A DNA stretch of 64,000 nucleotides, taken from an uncultured Actinomycetes bacterium (GTDB lineage: Bacteria; Actinomycetota; Thermoleophilia; UBA2241). The position numbers and the translations under genes are program-made. The DNA lies in NCBI GenBank assembly GCA_963709345.1, contig CAVPVX010000010.1:173788-237787 (forward strand), given 5' to 3'. The notes beneath the pieces were generated by a model. That model had not been told where the DNA came from, made no database searches, and saw only the letters and a program-made list of their open reading frames with translations. Shown in pieces: positions 41,294-50,280 of this stretch (position 1 is its first letter; each line of letters starts with the position of its first letter).

Positions 41294-42367
41294 ATGCAAA
41301 GGGTCTGGTTGTCGGTGAGTGGTGTGGCGGCGGTCATCGCGGCAGTGGTCATCCTGGCGATGACCGGCGTCACGGCGGGGGAGGCGGGCGCGTCGACCGG
41401 CCTCGCGGCTGACCCGTCGCCCGACCCCTCGCCCAGCGCGACTCCTTCGCTCACGCTCACGGCGACCCCTGGAGCCCTGACGGCCGGCGACGCGGTGCGC
41501 CTCACGGCGCGGCTCGGAGTCGCCGGGCAGGCGCTGCGGCTGAGCCGCCGGGTCGGCGAGACCGCCGGTTTCTCGCCGGTCTCCGAGCTCTTCACGGGCG
41601 CCACCGGGGCGGTCGCCTGGCGGCTGCGTCCTCGCGCGACGACCACCTTCCGCGTCGAGTATGCCGGCAACGATGAGTGGCTGCCGGCCTCCGCGGACGT
41701 CACGGTCACGGTCCGGCCCCTGATCCGCCTCACTGCCCCGACCCGTGTCACCAAGGGTGCGAGCGCCCGGCTCGGCCTGCGTGTGGCGCCGGCGCATCCC
41801 GGGTCCGTCGTCACCATCGAGTTGTGGCGGGACGGCGGCTGGGTCCGCTGGCGGGATGTGCGGCTGAACAGCGAGTCCCGCAGGGTGATCAGGTGGCGCG
41901 CCGACCGGGTCGGCCGGCAGCCGGTCCGCGTCACCATGGCGGCGGACGAAGCGCACGCCGCAGGCCGCTCCGCTGTGCGCCGCATCCGGGTCGTCAAGCT
42001 CAATCCCTACGGTGTGCCGGTGACCCTGAAGCGGATCGTCGTCGTCGACAAGTCGCAGTATCGCCTGCACTTCTACTCGTACGGGCGTGAGATACGCTCG
42101 TTCCCCTGCGTGCTCGGACGGCCGGGCCTGCCGACGCCCCTCGGCCGCTTCCGCATCTACGCGAAGGGCATGTGGCCGGGTGGTCCCTTCGGCGCGCGGA
42201 TCATGTCGTACCACTCGCCGTACGCGATCCACGGCACCAACGAGCCGCACCTGCTGAGCCGCTTCCCCCGCAACTTCTCGCACGGCTGCACGCGGCTGGC
42301 AAACGCCAACGCCGTCTGGCTCTACGACCACGCACCCGTGGGCACACCGGTGTGGAACGTGCCGTGA
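41294..42367 (+). CDS. L,D-transpeptidase (YkuD) with N-terminal Ig-like domains
   Basis: Signal peptide; IVVDKS, TPLGRF, AIHGT....SHGCTRL. Confidence 0.9.
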   Translation: MQRVWLSVSGVAAVIAAVVILAMTGVTAGEAGASTGLAADPSPDPSPSATPSLTLTATPGALTAGDAVRLTARLGVAGQALRLSRRVGETAGFSPVSELFTGATGAVAWRLRPRATTTFRVEYAGNDEWLPASADVTVTVRPLIRLTAPTRVTKGASARLGLRVAPAHPGSVVTIELWRDGGWVRWRDVRLNSESRRVIRWRADRVGRQPVRVTMAADEAHAAGRSAVRRIRVVKLNPYGVPVTLKRIVVVDKSQYRLHFYSYGREIRSFPCVLGRPGLPTPLGRFRIYAKGMWPGGPFGARIMSYHSPYAIHGTNEPHLLSRFPRNFSHGCTRLANANAVWLYDHAPVGTPVWNVP

Positions 42368-42447
42368 GCGGCCGCTCTCCGGGCTCCGCTCCCCCTCGCT
42401 GAAGCGTCGTCGCGCGCGCCGCGCAGCGCCGCCGGCCAGACATGATG

Positions 42448-42487
42448 AAAACGGGGGCGGGGAGCGTCGGGTGACGCTCCCCGCCCC
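42448..42487 (-). terminator. Rho-independent terminator downstream of cooS
   Basis: 15-bp stem GGGGCGGGGAGCGTC/GACGCTCCCCGCCCC with a TTTT run on the minus strand. Confidence 0.7.
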
Positions 42488-42564
42488 GCCTGCTCACGGG
42501 CGTGCCGTCTGTCGGGATGGGTGGCCCGCTGCGCCCCCTCGATGGGCCCGGGCGCTCGGCTTGG

Positions 42565-44430
42565 TCAGATCCCCAGCGCAGCCCGCTTCTCGTCGATCCA
42601 GGCGAGCATCGCGGCGACTGCTTCGACCGGGTCGCTCTCCACGGCGAGCTTGCCGCCGGTGACGCCCGGCAGGTCCTCGGTCACGAGCTTGACCAAGTTG
42701 GGCGCGCCGGTGACGAAGGGCACCGGGTTCACGTGCGTGTAGAGGCCGAAGGCCAGCGCCGCCATGGCGTCGATGGTCGCCTTCTGCTCCATGTACTCGG
42801 GCGCTGTTGCCACGACTGGCAACGCCGGCACATCCACGCCGAGTGCGTCGGCGATGGCGCCGACGAGCAGCATGATGCGGCCGGTGTCGGTGCAGGTGCC
42901 GAAGCTGAGCACCGGCGGGATGCCGAGCAGCTCGCAGACGGCCTTGAGGCCGGGGCCGGCGAGCTCCTTCGCCTCCGGCGTCTGCAGGCCGGCCACCTGC
43001 AGGCCGGCGTTGCCGCAGCCCATGGCCAGCACGAGCACGTCGTTCTTGATGAGTTCCTTCGCCATGGCCACGGTCATGGAGTCCTGGGGACCGTCGCGCA
43101 GCGTCGTGCAGCTTACAAGGCCACAGACGCCCTTGAGGGTGCCGTTCTTGATCACGTCGAGCAGCGGGTCGAGGCTGCCGCCGAGCGCGCCGAGGATGCT
43201 CTCGGTGCTGAATCCGGCCACGGCGTCGCCGGTGCGCAGCTCCGGGGTCTCCTGGCCGAGCGCTCTGCGCTTCGGGTAGTTGGCGACGGCGAAGTCGATG
43301 AGCTGCTGCGCCTGCTCGCCGGCGTTGGCCGCGTCGAAGACGATGGGCGCCTCGGCGCCGTCGACGCCGATCACGTCGCTGACCGGGATGAGCAGGGTGC
43401 CGTGGGCGGCGCAGGTTGCGCCGAGGGTCGGCACGGTGCAGTTCATGTCGGCGGCGAACACGTCGAGGCCGCCGGTGGCGACGGCCAGCTCCTCGGTGAG
43501 CCAGTTGCCGGTGAGACCGACGAACACGTCGTCCACCTCGAATCGCTGGACGAGCTCCTGGCCGGTCTCGATGGACCCGACGATGCGCAGTCCTTTGGCG
43601 CCGGCGGCCTTTGCCTTCTCCTGAGCTGCCGGTACGTGAGCGGCGTCGATCAGCGCCGCGCCGATCATGGGCTCGTGGCCGTTCACTGCGATGTTGACGT
43701 ACTCGGGGTCGATGATGCCGAGGTCGACCTTGATCGCGTGCGGCGTCGGCGTGCCGAACAGCGCGTCCTGCGCCAGCTCGAGCGGGATCTGGGCGCCGTA
43801 CGTGGTGGCGATGCCGAGGCGGAGGGCTTTGAGCGCGAGACTCACGTAGTTGCCGTCGACGTTGGTGAGGCAACTCGAGGTGGCGAACACGTTCTCGTGC
43901 AGGACGCCGCCCGGCATGATGCCGAGCTCCTTCCACTTGGCCACTCGCGGCGCCGGGGCCAGCTTCTCGACGAACGGCGACGGGCTCTGGTGGTCGCGGC
44001 TGAACTCGGTGAGGATCGCGTCGGCCACGCGTTTGGGGAGCGTGTCCCTGGGCTCGACGGACTCGCCGACGACGCCGGCGAGCGTCTCGAGCTTGCTCCA
44101 GTCCTTGATCTCGTAGGTGCCACCGGGCTTCGCCTGCGCCAGGGTCTTCATGACCTCGGTGGCGTGGTAGGTGTAGGTGGCGGTGCCCATCGTGTTCTGC
44201 AGCAGGAAGTTGCGCATCGCCATGCCGTCGGCGTCGATGCCGCACACGCCGCGCGGCGCCTTCGCCGTGATGCGGCACGGGCCCTGCGAGCAGAGCGAAC
44301 AGCGGATGCCCTGTTCGCAGAACGAACAGCGCTTGCCCATGTCGTCCATACGGTCGAACGAGGTGCTCTCGCCGGCCGCCCGCGTCTTCTCGAGCATCGT
44401 GTTGACCGAGCCGTGGTGACTGTCTGCCAT
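42565..44430 (-). CDS. cooS: Anaerobic CO dehydrogenase catalytic subunit homolog, non-canonical (CooS-V-like)
   Basis: CSFC, CSLCSQGPC, GVCG, NGHEP, IETGQE, DMNC, SCTT, GCG, GTCTD, EQKA. Confidence 0.92.
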   Translation of the reverse strand: MADSHHGSVNTMLEKTRAAGESTSFDRMDDMGKRCSFCEQGIRCSLCSQGPCRITAKAPRGVCGIDADGMAMRNFLLQNTMGTATYTYHATEVMKTLAQAKPGGTYEIKDWSKLETLAGVVGESVEPRDTLPKRVADAILTEFSRDHQSPSPFVEKLAPAPRVAKWKELGIMPGGVLHENVFATSSCLTNVDGNYVSLALKALRLGIATTYGAQIPLELAQDALFGTPTPHAIKVDLGIIDPEYVNIAVNGHEPMIGAALIDAAHVPAAQEKAKAAGAKGLRIVGSIETGQELVQRFEVDDVFVGLTGNWLTEELAVATGGLDVFAADMNCTVPTLGATCAAHGTLLIPVSDVIGVDGAEAPIVFDAANAGEQAQQLIDFAVANYPKRRALGQETPELRTGDAVAGFSTESILGALGGSLDPLLDVIKNGTLKGVCGLVSCTTLRDGPQDSMTVAMAKELIKNDVLVLAMGCGNAGLQVAGLQTPEAKELAGPGLKAVCELLGIPPVLSFGTCTDTGRIMLLVGAIADALGVDVPALPVVATAPEYMEQKATIDAMAALAFGLYTHVNPVPFVTGAPNLVKLVTEDLPGVTGGKLAVESDPVEAVAAMLAWIDEKRAALGI

Positions 44431-44499
44431 GGTCCCTCCTGGGAGTTTTGGGAGATTTGAGGCGCTGTATGCGCCGGTCGACCGATCCGGGCGCCGGAC

Positions 44500-44883
44500 T
44501 CAGCCGTGGATGAGCGCCGGCAGGCACTTGACGCAGACCCAGGCGCTCTCGCCCCTGGTCCGCGCCGGGAAGAGGATCGCGTCCATCTCGCTGCGACCGC
44601 AGTTCATGCAGGTCTGGGTCATGGCGACGCCGGCGGCCAGCTTCTCGGCCATCTTCTCGGCGGCCGCCTCTTCGTCGAACTCGGCGGCTTCGCGCTTCTC
44701 CACGGTCAGCGCTCCTTCGGGGCAGACGGCCAGGCAGAAGCCGGCACCGTCGCAGAGCTCCTCCTTCATGACCTTGGCCTTGCCGTCGACGATCTCGATG
44801 GCGCCCTCGGCGCACGGGGTGACGCAGAGGCCGCAGCCGGTACAGAGGTCTTCGTCGATCTTCACGATGCTTCGGAGGGCCAT
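44500..44883 (-). CDS. FrdX-like 2x[4Fe-4S] ferredoxin with a C-terminal CxxC..CxxC extension
   Basis: IDEDLCTGCGLCVTPCAEGAI..DGKAK..CDGAGFCLAVCPEGAL..REA.EFDE; CMNC..CVKC. Confidence 0.88.
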   Translation of the reverse strand: MALRSIVKIDEDLCTGCGLCVTPCAEGAIEIVDGKAKVMKEELCDGAGFCLAVCPEGALTVEKREAAEFDEEAAAEKMAEKLAAGVAMTQTCMNCGRSEMDAILFPARTRGESAWVCVKCLPALIHG

Positions 44884-44927
44884 GCGCTGCTCGCTTTCGC
44901 GTAGTTTTCACGGTGGTGACAGTGATA

Positions 44928-44970
44928 AGGGTACCCGGGAGCGCCCACTGGGCTCCTTGATCTGCGTCAA
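44928..44970 (-). promoter_or_regulatory. FNR/Dnr/HcpR-type box with a class II promoter for ferredoxin-cooS
   Basis: TTGATCTGCGTCAA at 44957-44970 (TTGAT-N4-ATCAA with one mismatch, extended CCTTGA..TCAAGG); -10 TACCCT at 44933-44928. Confidence 0.7.
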
Positions 44971-45055
44971 GGCGGGCTGCGGCAGCCGTGCCGGGTTTGT
45001 ACTTGAGGCGTACCCGTCAGGCAGGTCCGCGGCCCCGTTGGGTGAAAAGGCAGGG

Positions 45056-45898
45056 ATGCCCAGCACGACCATCGACGTGAGGATCGAGTTCCTGAGCGCT
45101 CTGGCCCGCTCTCTTGCGCGCTGCGGAGAGAGCTCGGACGACATGGAGCGCGACCTCAACGAGTGTGCGGCCCGTCTGGGGCTGGGCGCGCAGTTCTACG
45201 TCACGCCGACGATGGTGATGGCGTCGTTCGGCAGCGACGCGCACGAGCGAACGGTGCTGCTGCGCGTCTCCGAGGGCATCATCGACCTGCAGGCGCGCAG
45301 CACGATGCACGAGATCGTCGAGGGGGTGAAGGCCGGGGAGAAGACGGCGGCGCAGGCGCTGGCCGAGGTCAATCTCATAGCGGCCGCCCCGCAGCGCTTC
45401 GCATGGTGGGTGCGGGTGCTGGCCTCGGGCGTCGGGGCCGCCTCGTTCGCCATCTTCCTCGGTGGTGGCTGGCGCACCTTCTTCGCCGCCGCGGTCGTCG
45501 CCATCTCTCTCTCGCTGCTCGTGATCACCGACTCCCGGACGCGCGACTGGCCCATCGTGCTGGCCGCCGTCGTCCTCGTGCTCATCGGGTCCCGGTTCGG
45601 AGCCTGGCTGGTGGGGGCCTCGCTGGGCGTGGCCATCGCCAGTTTCGTCCTCGGCATGGTCGCGAACGGCTACGCGCGCCTCAGCCGGCGCCCCGCGGCG
45701 GTGCTGCTCATCCCGGGGTTGGCCGTGCTGGTTCCGGGAGCCCTGGGGCTTCGCGGCGTGACGGAGTTTCTTCGGGACGCCTCCGGAGGCATCGACGTGC
45801 TCACCGGTGTCGTGATCATCGCCGCCGGCCTCGTCGTTGGGCTGCTGGTTGCGGACGCTTTGCTGCCCGCGCGACGCCAGGCCGGCCGACCGGAGTAG
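45056..45898 (+). CDS. ThrE-family threonine/serine exporter, apparently with an internal deletion
   Basis: L..CGE....E, TPT.V, ID L, ASF.IF.GG.W, then LLIPGL..LVPG; shorter than the usual two-domain form. Confidence 0.7.
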   Translation: MPSTTIDVRIEFLSALARSLARCGESSDDMERDLNECAARLGLGAQFYVTPTMVMASFGSDAHERTVLLRVSEGIIDLQARSTMHEIVEGVKAGEKTAAQALAEVNLIAAAPQRFAWWVRVLASGVGAASFAIFLGGGWRTFFAAAVVAISLSLLVITDSRTRDWPIVLAAVVLVLIGSRFGAWLVGASLGVAIASFVLGMVANGYARLSRRPAAVLLIPGLAVLVPGALGLRGVTEFLRDASGGIDVLTGVVIIAAGLVVGLLVADALLPARRQAGRPE

Positions 45899-46126
45899 AA
45901 GCGGCCGCGTCGGGGCGCTCGCCGCGACGGAGGTGCCCTCTGCACGGCGAGTGGGTAAGTATCCGGTCGGGCGGCGGGCGTGGTGCGCGCGCCGTGTCGC
46001 GCGCCGCGTCACGCGCGCGGGAAGTGCGCCTGAGGCGCACACGTACCGCGCCGCGTATCGCGCGTTCGTGTGGCGCGCGCATCTCGCCCGCCGCCCGTTC
46101 CTTCCCCGGCGCAGAAGGAGGCCAGC

Positions 46127-47851
46127 GTGGATTCGTTCTCGGTGCTCATCGGCGGCAAGGCCGGAGACGGCATCACCCAGGCCGGCTCCATGATCGCGCA
46201 CCTGCTGAATGAGCTCGGGTATCGGCTCTACACGTATGTCGACTCGCCGTCGTTGATACGCGGCGGCCACAACTACGTCATCGTGCGCGCCCACCGCGGC
46301 CGCATCGCCGCCCACCGCGACCACGTGAACGTGGTCATCGCGCTCAACGCCGAGACCCTCGACAAGCACGCCTGGCGCCTGAAGCAGCGCCCGGTGACGG
46401 TCTACGACGACCAGTCCATCAAGCCGGCGAGCATCCCGTCCATGGCTCATCCGTTCCGCACCGGCATCCCCGTGAAGACCATCCTCGAGCAGGAGGAGGC
46501 GCCGCCGGTGATGCGCAACAGCGCCATCCTCGGCGCCTTCTGCAAGGCGATCTCTATCCCGTGGGAGGTGCTCGAGGACGTCATGCGGCGCTATCAGGCC
46601 AAGCAGACCGAGCTCAACCTCAAGGTGGCGCGACGGGGCTACGACCTTGCGACGGAGAAGCTCCTGGTCGACCTGCCGGGTGGCGGCCCGCGACCGGTCA
46701 TGACCGGTCTCGAGGCCACCGGGCTGGGACTCATCCGCGGCGGCCTCCAGGCGTACGACGGCTACCCGATGACGCCGGCCAGCGGTCTGCTTCACTACCT
46801 CGCCAGGCAGGCGCCGCGCTTCGAGCTCAAGGTGGTGCAGCCCGAAGGCGAGATCGCGGCCATGCTGATGGCGCTCGGGCACGCCTACGCGGGCGAGCGC
46901 GCCGCCGTCGGTACCTCGGGCGGCGGGTTCGCTCTCATGGTCGAGGGACTCAGTCTGGCAGGGCAGGCCGAGCTGCCCATCGTCGTCGTGCTCGGGCAGC
47001 GTACCGGCCCGGCCACCGGCCTGCCGACCTACACGGCGCAGGCCGACCTGCACTTCGCGCTCAGCGCCGGGCACGGCGAGTTCCCGCGTTTCGTGGTGGC
47101 GCCGGCCGACGTGGAGCAGGCGTACGCCTGGAGCGCCTTCGCGCTTGACGTCGCCTGGAAGTACCAGCTGCCGGCGATCGTGCTCGGCGACCGCACGCTC
47201 AACGACGACTCGCAGAGCTTCGACTGGGACGCCGTCCCCGACCTGCCGCGGCTCGAGCCGCGGCTCTGGGACGGCGCGCCACAGGGCGCCGGCGACGGCG
47301 GCGCAGCCGCCGCGGATCCGGCGCTCGCCTACAAGCGGTACCTCTTCACCGGCGATGGCGTCTCCCCGCTCGCCTTCCCCGGCCGCGAAGGCGCGGTGGT
47401 CAAGGTGAACAGTTACACGCACGACGAGTCCGGCATCACGACCGAGGACCCGGAGCTCACGGTGCGCATGCAGGACAAGTGGAACGCCAAGGGACTGGCG
47501 CTGGCTGAGGAGCTGGACACACTCCCGCAGGTGAACGTGTACGGCGACCCGGAGGCGACGCGCACGCTGGTGACGTGGGGCTCGCCGACCGGCGCTGCCC
47601 GCGAGGTCGGCGAGCTCGCCGGCATCCGCATCGTCCAGCCGGTCGTGCTGTGGCCGTTCCCGGACCGGCAGATGGCCGAGGCGCTCGAGGGCAGCGAGGT
47701 GATCGCCGTCGCCGAGGGCAACTCCCGTGGGCAGCTCGCGCGGGTCATGGAGCAGCGCGGTGTGGCCGTGGACGGCCGCCTGCTGCGCTACGACGGGAGG
47801 CCGTGGGGCGTCGGCGAGCTGCGCATGCAGGCCGAGGAGGTGCTGGCATGA
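46127..47851 (+). CDS. 2-oxoacid:ferredoxin oxidoreductase alpha subunit (gamma-alpha fusion)
   Basis: IGGKAGDGI, SLIRGGHN, YPMTPAS, EGEIAA, TSGGGF, GPATGLPT..Q.DL; RBS AAGGAGG. Confidence 0.93.
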   Translation: MDSFSVLIGGKAGDGITQAGSMIAHLLNELGYRLYTYVDSPSLIRGGHNYVIVRAHRGRIAAHRDHVNVVIALNAETLDKHAWRLKQRPVTVYDDQSIKPASIPSMAHPFRTGIPVKTILEQEEAPPVMRNSAILGAFCKAISIPWEVLEDVMRRYQAKQTELNLKVARRGYDLATEKLLVDLPGGGPRPVMTGLEATGLGLIRGGLQAYDGYPMTPASGLLHYLARQAPRFELKVVQPEGEIAAMLMALGHAYAGERAAVGTSGGGFALMVEGLSLAGQAELPIVVVLGQRTGPATGLPTYTAQADLHFALSAGHGEFPRFVVAPADVEQAYAWSAFALDVAWKYQLPAIVLGDRTLNDDSQSFDWDAVPDLPRLEPRLWDGAPQGAGDGGAAAADPALAYKRYLFTGDGVSPLAFPGREGAVVKVNSYTHDESGITTEDPELTVRMQDKWNAKGLALAEELDTLPQVNVYGDPEATRTLVTWGSPTGAAREVGELAGIRIVQPVVLWPFPDRQMAEALEGSEVIAVAEGNSRGQLARVMEQRGVAVDGRLLRYDGRPWGVGELRMQAEEVLA

Positions 47852-48801
47852 GCGGGACCGGCAAGAAGAGGGCGACGGGCAAGGCTGCGGCCGGGAAGGC
47901 GGCGGCCGGCGAGAAGAGGGCCGGCGGGGCGGCGGCGCCCGTCGCCGCGGCTCCGGCCCCCCGTCTCGCCACGTACGCCAAGAACACCTGGTGCCCCGGC
48001 TGCGGCAACTTCGCCGTGCTGAACGCGATCAGGCCGGTGTTCCAGGAGCTGATCGTCGCGGGCACGCGGCCGCAGGACATCGTGCTCGTCGCGGACATCG
48101 GCTGCAACAGCAAGATCATGGACTACATCGGCGTGAACAGCTTCGATTCGCTGCATGGGCGCGCGATCCCGACGGCCATGGGCATCAAGCTCGCCAATCC
48201 CGGGCTGACGGTGGTCGTCCACGCCGGCGACGGCGCCGCCTTCGCCGAGGGGCTGGAGCACACGCTCTTCGCCGCCAAGCGCAACATCGACCTGACGCTG
48301 ATCGTCCACGACAACGGCGTCTACGGCTTGACCGTCGGCCAGGCCGGCCCGGAGACTCCGCCGGGCCACAAGGGTCGCTCGACGCCGTACGGCAGCGTGG
48401 AGGAGCCGTTCAACCCGCTGGAACTGCTGCACGCCGCGGGGGCGAGCTACCTCGCCCGCGGCTACTCTCACGGCAAGGAACAGCTGAAGAAGCTGTACGC
48501 GGAGGCGATCGCGCACCGCGGCTTCAGCGTCGTCGACACGCTGCAGGTCTGCGTGACCTTCCGCAACATGTACGAGTACTACAACGAGCGGGTCTACGAG
48601 CTCGAAGATCACGACCCGCGCGATCAGGAGCAGGCTTCGGAGAAGATCCGCGAGTGGGACTACCAGTCAGACGGACCCGTGGCGCTGGGCACGCTCAGCA
48701 TGCGCGATCGCCCGGTCTTCGGCGACCAGTTCTCCGAGTACGGGCGCCGCGAGATCGACCTCGAGCACGAGCTGGAGGCCGCGTTCGCCGAGCTCACCTG
48801 A
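47848..48801 (+). CDS. 2-oxoacid:ferredoxin oxidoreductase beta subunit (TPP-binding)
   Basis: WCPGCGNF, IGC, LHGRA, GDG, NGVYGLT.GQ, Q.CVTF. Confidence 0.93.
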   Translation: MSGTGKKRATGKAAAGKAAAGEKRAGGAAAPVAAAPAPRLATYAKNTWCPGCGNFAVLNAIRPVFQELIVAGTRPQDIVLVADIGCNSKIMDYIGVNSFDSLHGRAIPTAMGIKLANPGLTVVVHAGDGAAFAEGLEHTLFAAKRNIDLTLIVHDNGVYGLTVGQAGPETPPGHKGRSTPYGSVEEPFNPLELLHAAGASYLARGYSHGKEQLKKLYAEAIAHRGFSVVDTLQVCVTFRNMYEYYNERVYELEDHDPRDQEQASEKIREWDYQSDGPVALGTLSMRDRPVFGDQFSEYGRREIDLEHELEAAFAELT

Positions 48802-48861
48802 CGGCGGCTCGGCCGTACCGGACGGGCCGGCGCAAAGGGGCTGCGCCGCGCGCCGGCCGCC

Positions 48862-50154
48862 TCAGCGCCGCCCGGCGGCGTGGAACAGCTCCTGCAGCGA
48901 CACCGACGTGTACCCGCGGGCGCGCAGGCCACGGAGGATCGCCGGCAGAGCCGCCATCGTCGCCGGGCGCACGTGCAGGCCGATGATCGCGCCGGAGTGC
49001 ACGCGCGACAGGGTGTTCGCGGCGATGGTGCCCGAGCCGTAGCCGCGCCAGTCGCCCGGGTCGACGTCCCACATGACGAGGTGCTTGTAGCCGGCCGAGC
49101 CGGCGGCGGCCACGGTGGCGGCGTTGTAGCTGCCGTACGGCGGCCGGAACCAGCCTACGGGCGTGGCTCGCGCGGCCCGCCACCACGGCGCCTGGCTGCG
49201 GATGAGCTCGGTGCGCACGCCGGAATAGCCCTGGCCCATCATCTCGGAGTGGGTCCAGCCGTGCGAGCCGATGCCGTGACCCTCGCGGACCGTGCGCCGG
49301 GCCGTGTACGGCGCCGACGAGACGTACGGCCCCAGGATGAAGAACGTCGCGTGCATCTTGTGCGCCTTGAGGGTGTCGAGCATCTGGCCCCACACCCAGG
49401 CCGGCCCGCCGTCGTCGAAGGTCAACGCGACGCGCTTGCCGGCTCCTCTGACCCGGTGCGTCACCGAGGCGCGCACCGGGTGGTAGTCGCGGAAGACGAG
49501 CGGCCGGGTGACCGTGCGGTTGCCGGCCTCATCGACCAGCGTGACGGTGACTCTGTACAGGCCGGGGACGAAGGCCCGGCGGTTGGCATACCGGGTCGGG
49601 ATGGTGAGCGTGCGTGATCCGGCGGAGATGGTGGTCGCGGCCCCCCGCTGCGCCTGGTAGCCGTACTGGTCGCGCACCGTGAATGAGACGCGGGCGGCGC
49701 CTGAGATGTCGGAAAGCGTGAATCGTGCTTTCACGGGCTGCGTGCGGTGGAGAAGGGTCGGCCTGAGGCTCAGCCTGCGGACGACGGGTGGTCGCGTGTC
49801 GATCTTCACGGTCAGCGACTGCGGCGTCTCGGCGCGGCCGTCTACGTCCACGGACCAGTAGGTGAGCGTGTGGACACCGTCGCCGGTGTGGTCGCGCGGC
49901 GCCCTCACGACCACCTCGGTGGTCGCGACCGGGGCGCCGCCGTCCACCTGGACGAAGGTGTCGGCGACGGGCGCCGCTTCGCCGGTCGCGGTGAAGGCGA
50001 CGGTGACGGCGTCCGCGTGCCAGAGGTCGTCGGCGCCGTGAGCGGTGGTCACCGGGGGCGGGCCGTCACCTGCTGATACGCCGGAGGCGAACGCGTTCGC
50101 CGGCCCAGCCGTCAGCAGAAGCGCGATCCCTACGAGAACGAGTGCCCGGCTCAT
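48862..50154 (-). CDS. Secreted polysaccharide deacetylase with Ig-like domains (paralog of 36977-38359)
   Basis: Signal peptide; YWSVD, VKIDTRPP, GAGKRVALTFDDGG, HGWTH, RPPYG, WDVDP.DW. Confidence 0.88.
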   Translation of the reverse strand: MSRALVLVGIALLLTAGPANAFASGVSAGDGPPPVTTAHGADDLWHADAVTVAFTATGEAAPVADTFVQVDGGAPVATTEVVVRAPRDHTGDGVHTLTYWSVDVDGRAETPQSLTVKIDTRPPVVRRLSLRPTLLHRTQPVKARFTLSDISGAARVSFTVRDQYGYQAQRGAATTISAGSRTLTIPTRYANRRAFVPGLYRVTVTLVDEAGNRTVTRPLVFRDYHPVRASVTHRVRGAGKRVALTFDDGGPAWVWGQMLDTLKAHKMHATFFILGPYVSSAPYTARRTVREGHGIGSHGWTHSEMMGQGYSGVRTELIRSQAPWWRAARATPVGWFRPPYGSYNAATVAAAGSAGYKHLVMWDVDPGDWRGYGSGTIAANTLSRVHSGAIIGLHVRPATMAALPAILRGLRARGYTSVSLQELFHAAGRR

Positions 50155-50280
50155 GCCCGCCTCCCCTCATTGCCCCCAGATCCGCCGTCGCCGCTATGCC
50201 CTGCGGCACGCGATGGACGGACCCACTCGTGAGCATACTCCTGCAGGCTCTTCCGGCCAGGCCTCGGGCGTTGTACGCCG

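Noticed and set aside
44431-44502. Ferredoxin UGA stop is in frame with the cooS ATG with no intervening stop (possible Sec read-through fusion)
   Set aside because: cooS has its own GGAGG RBS, the UGA is not at a Cys-type position, no convincing SECIS was seen, and in-frame spacing has a 1-in-3 chance
45960-46090. CG-alternating tract upstream of the oxidoreductase (Z-DNA or repeat-like)
   Set aside because: No defined repeat unit; expected at this GC content
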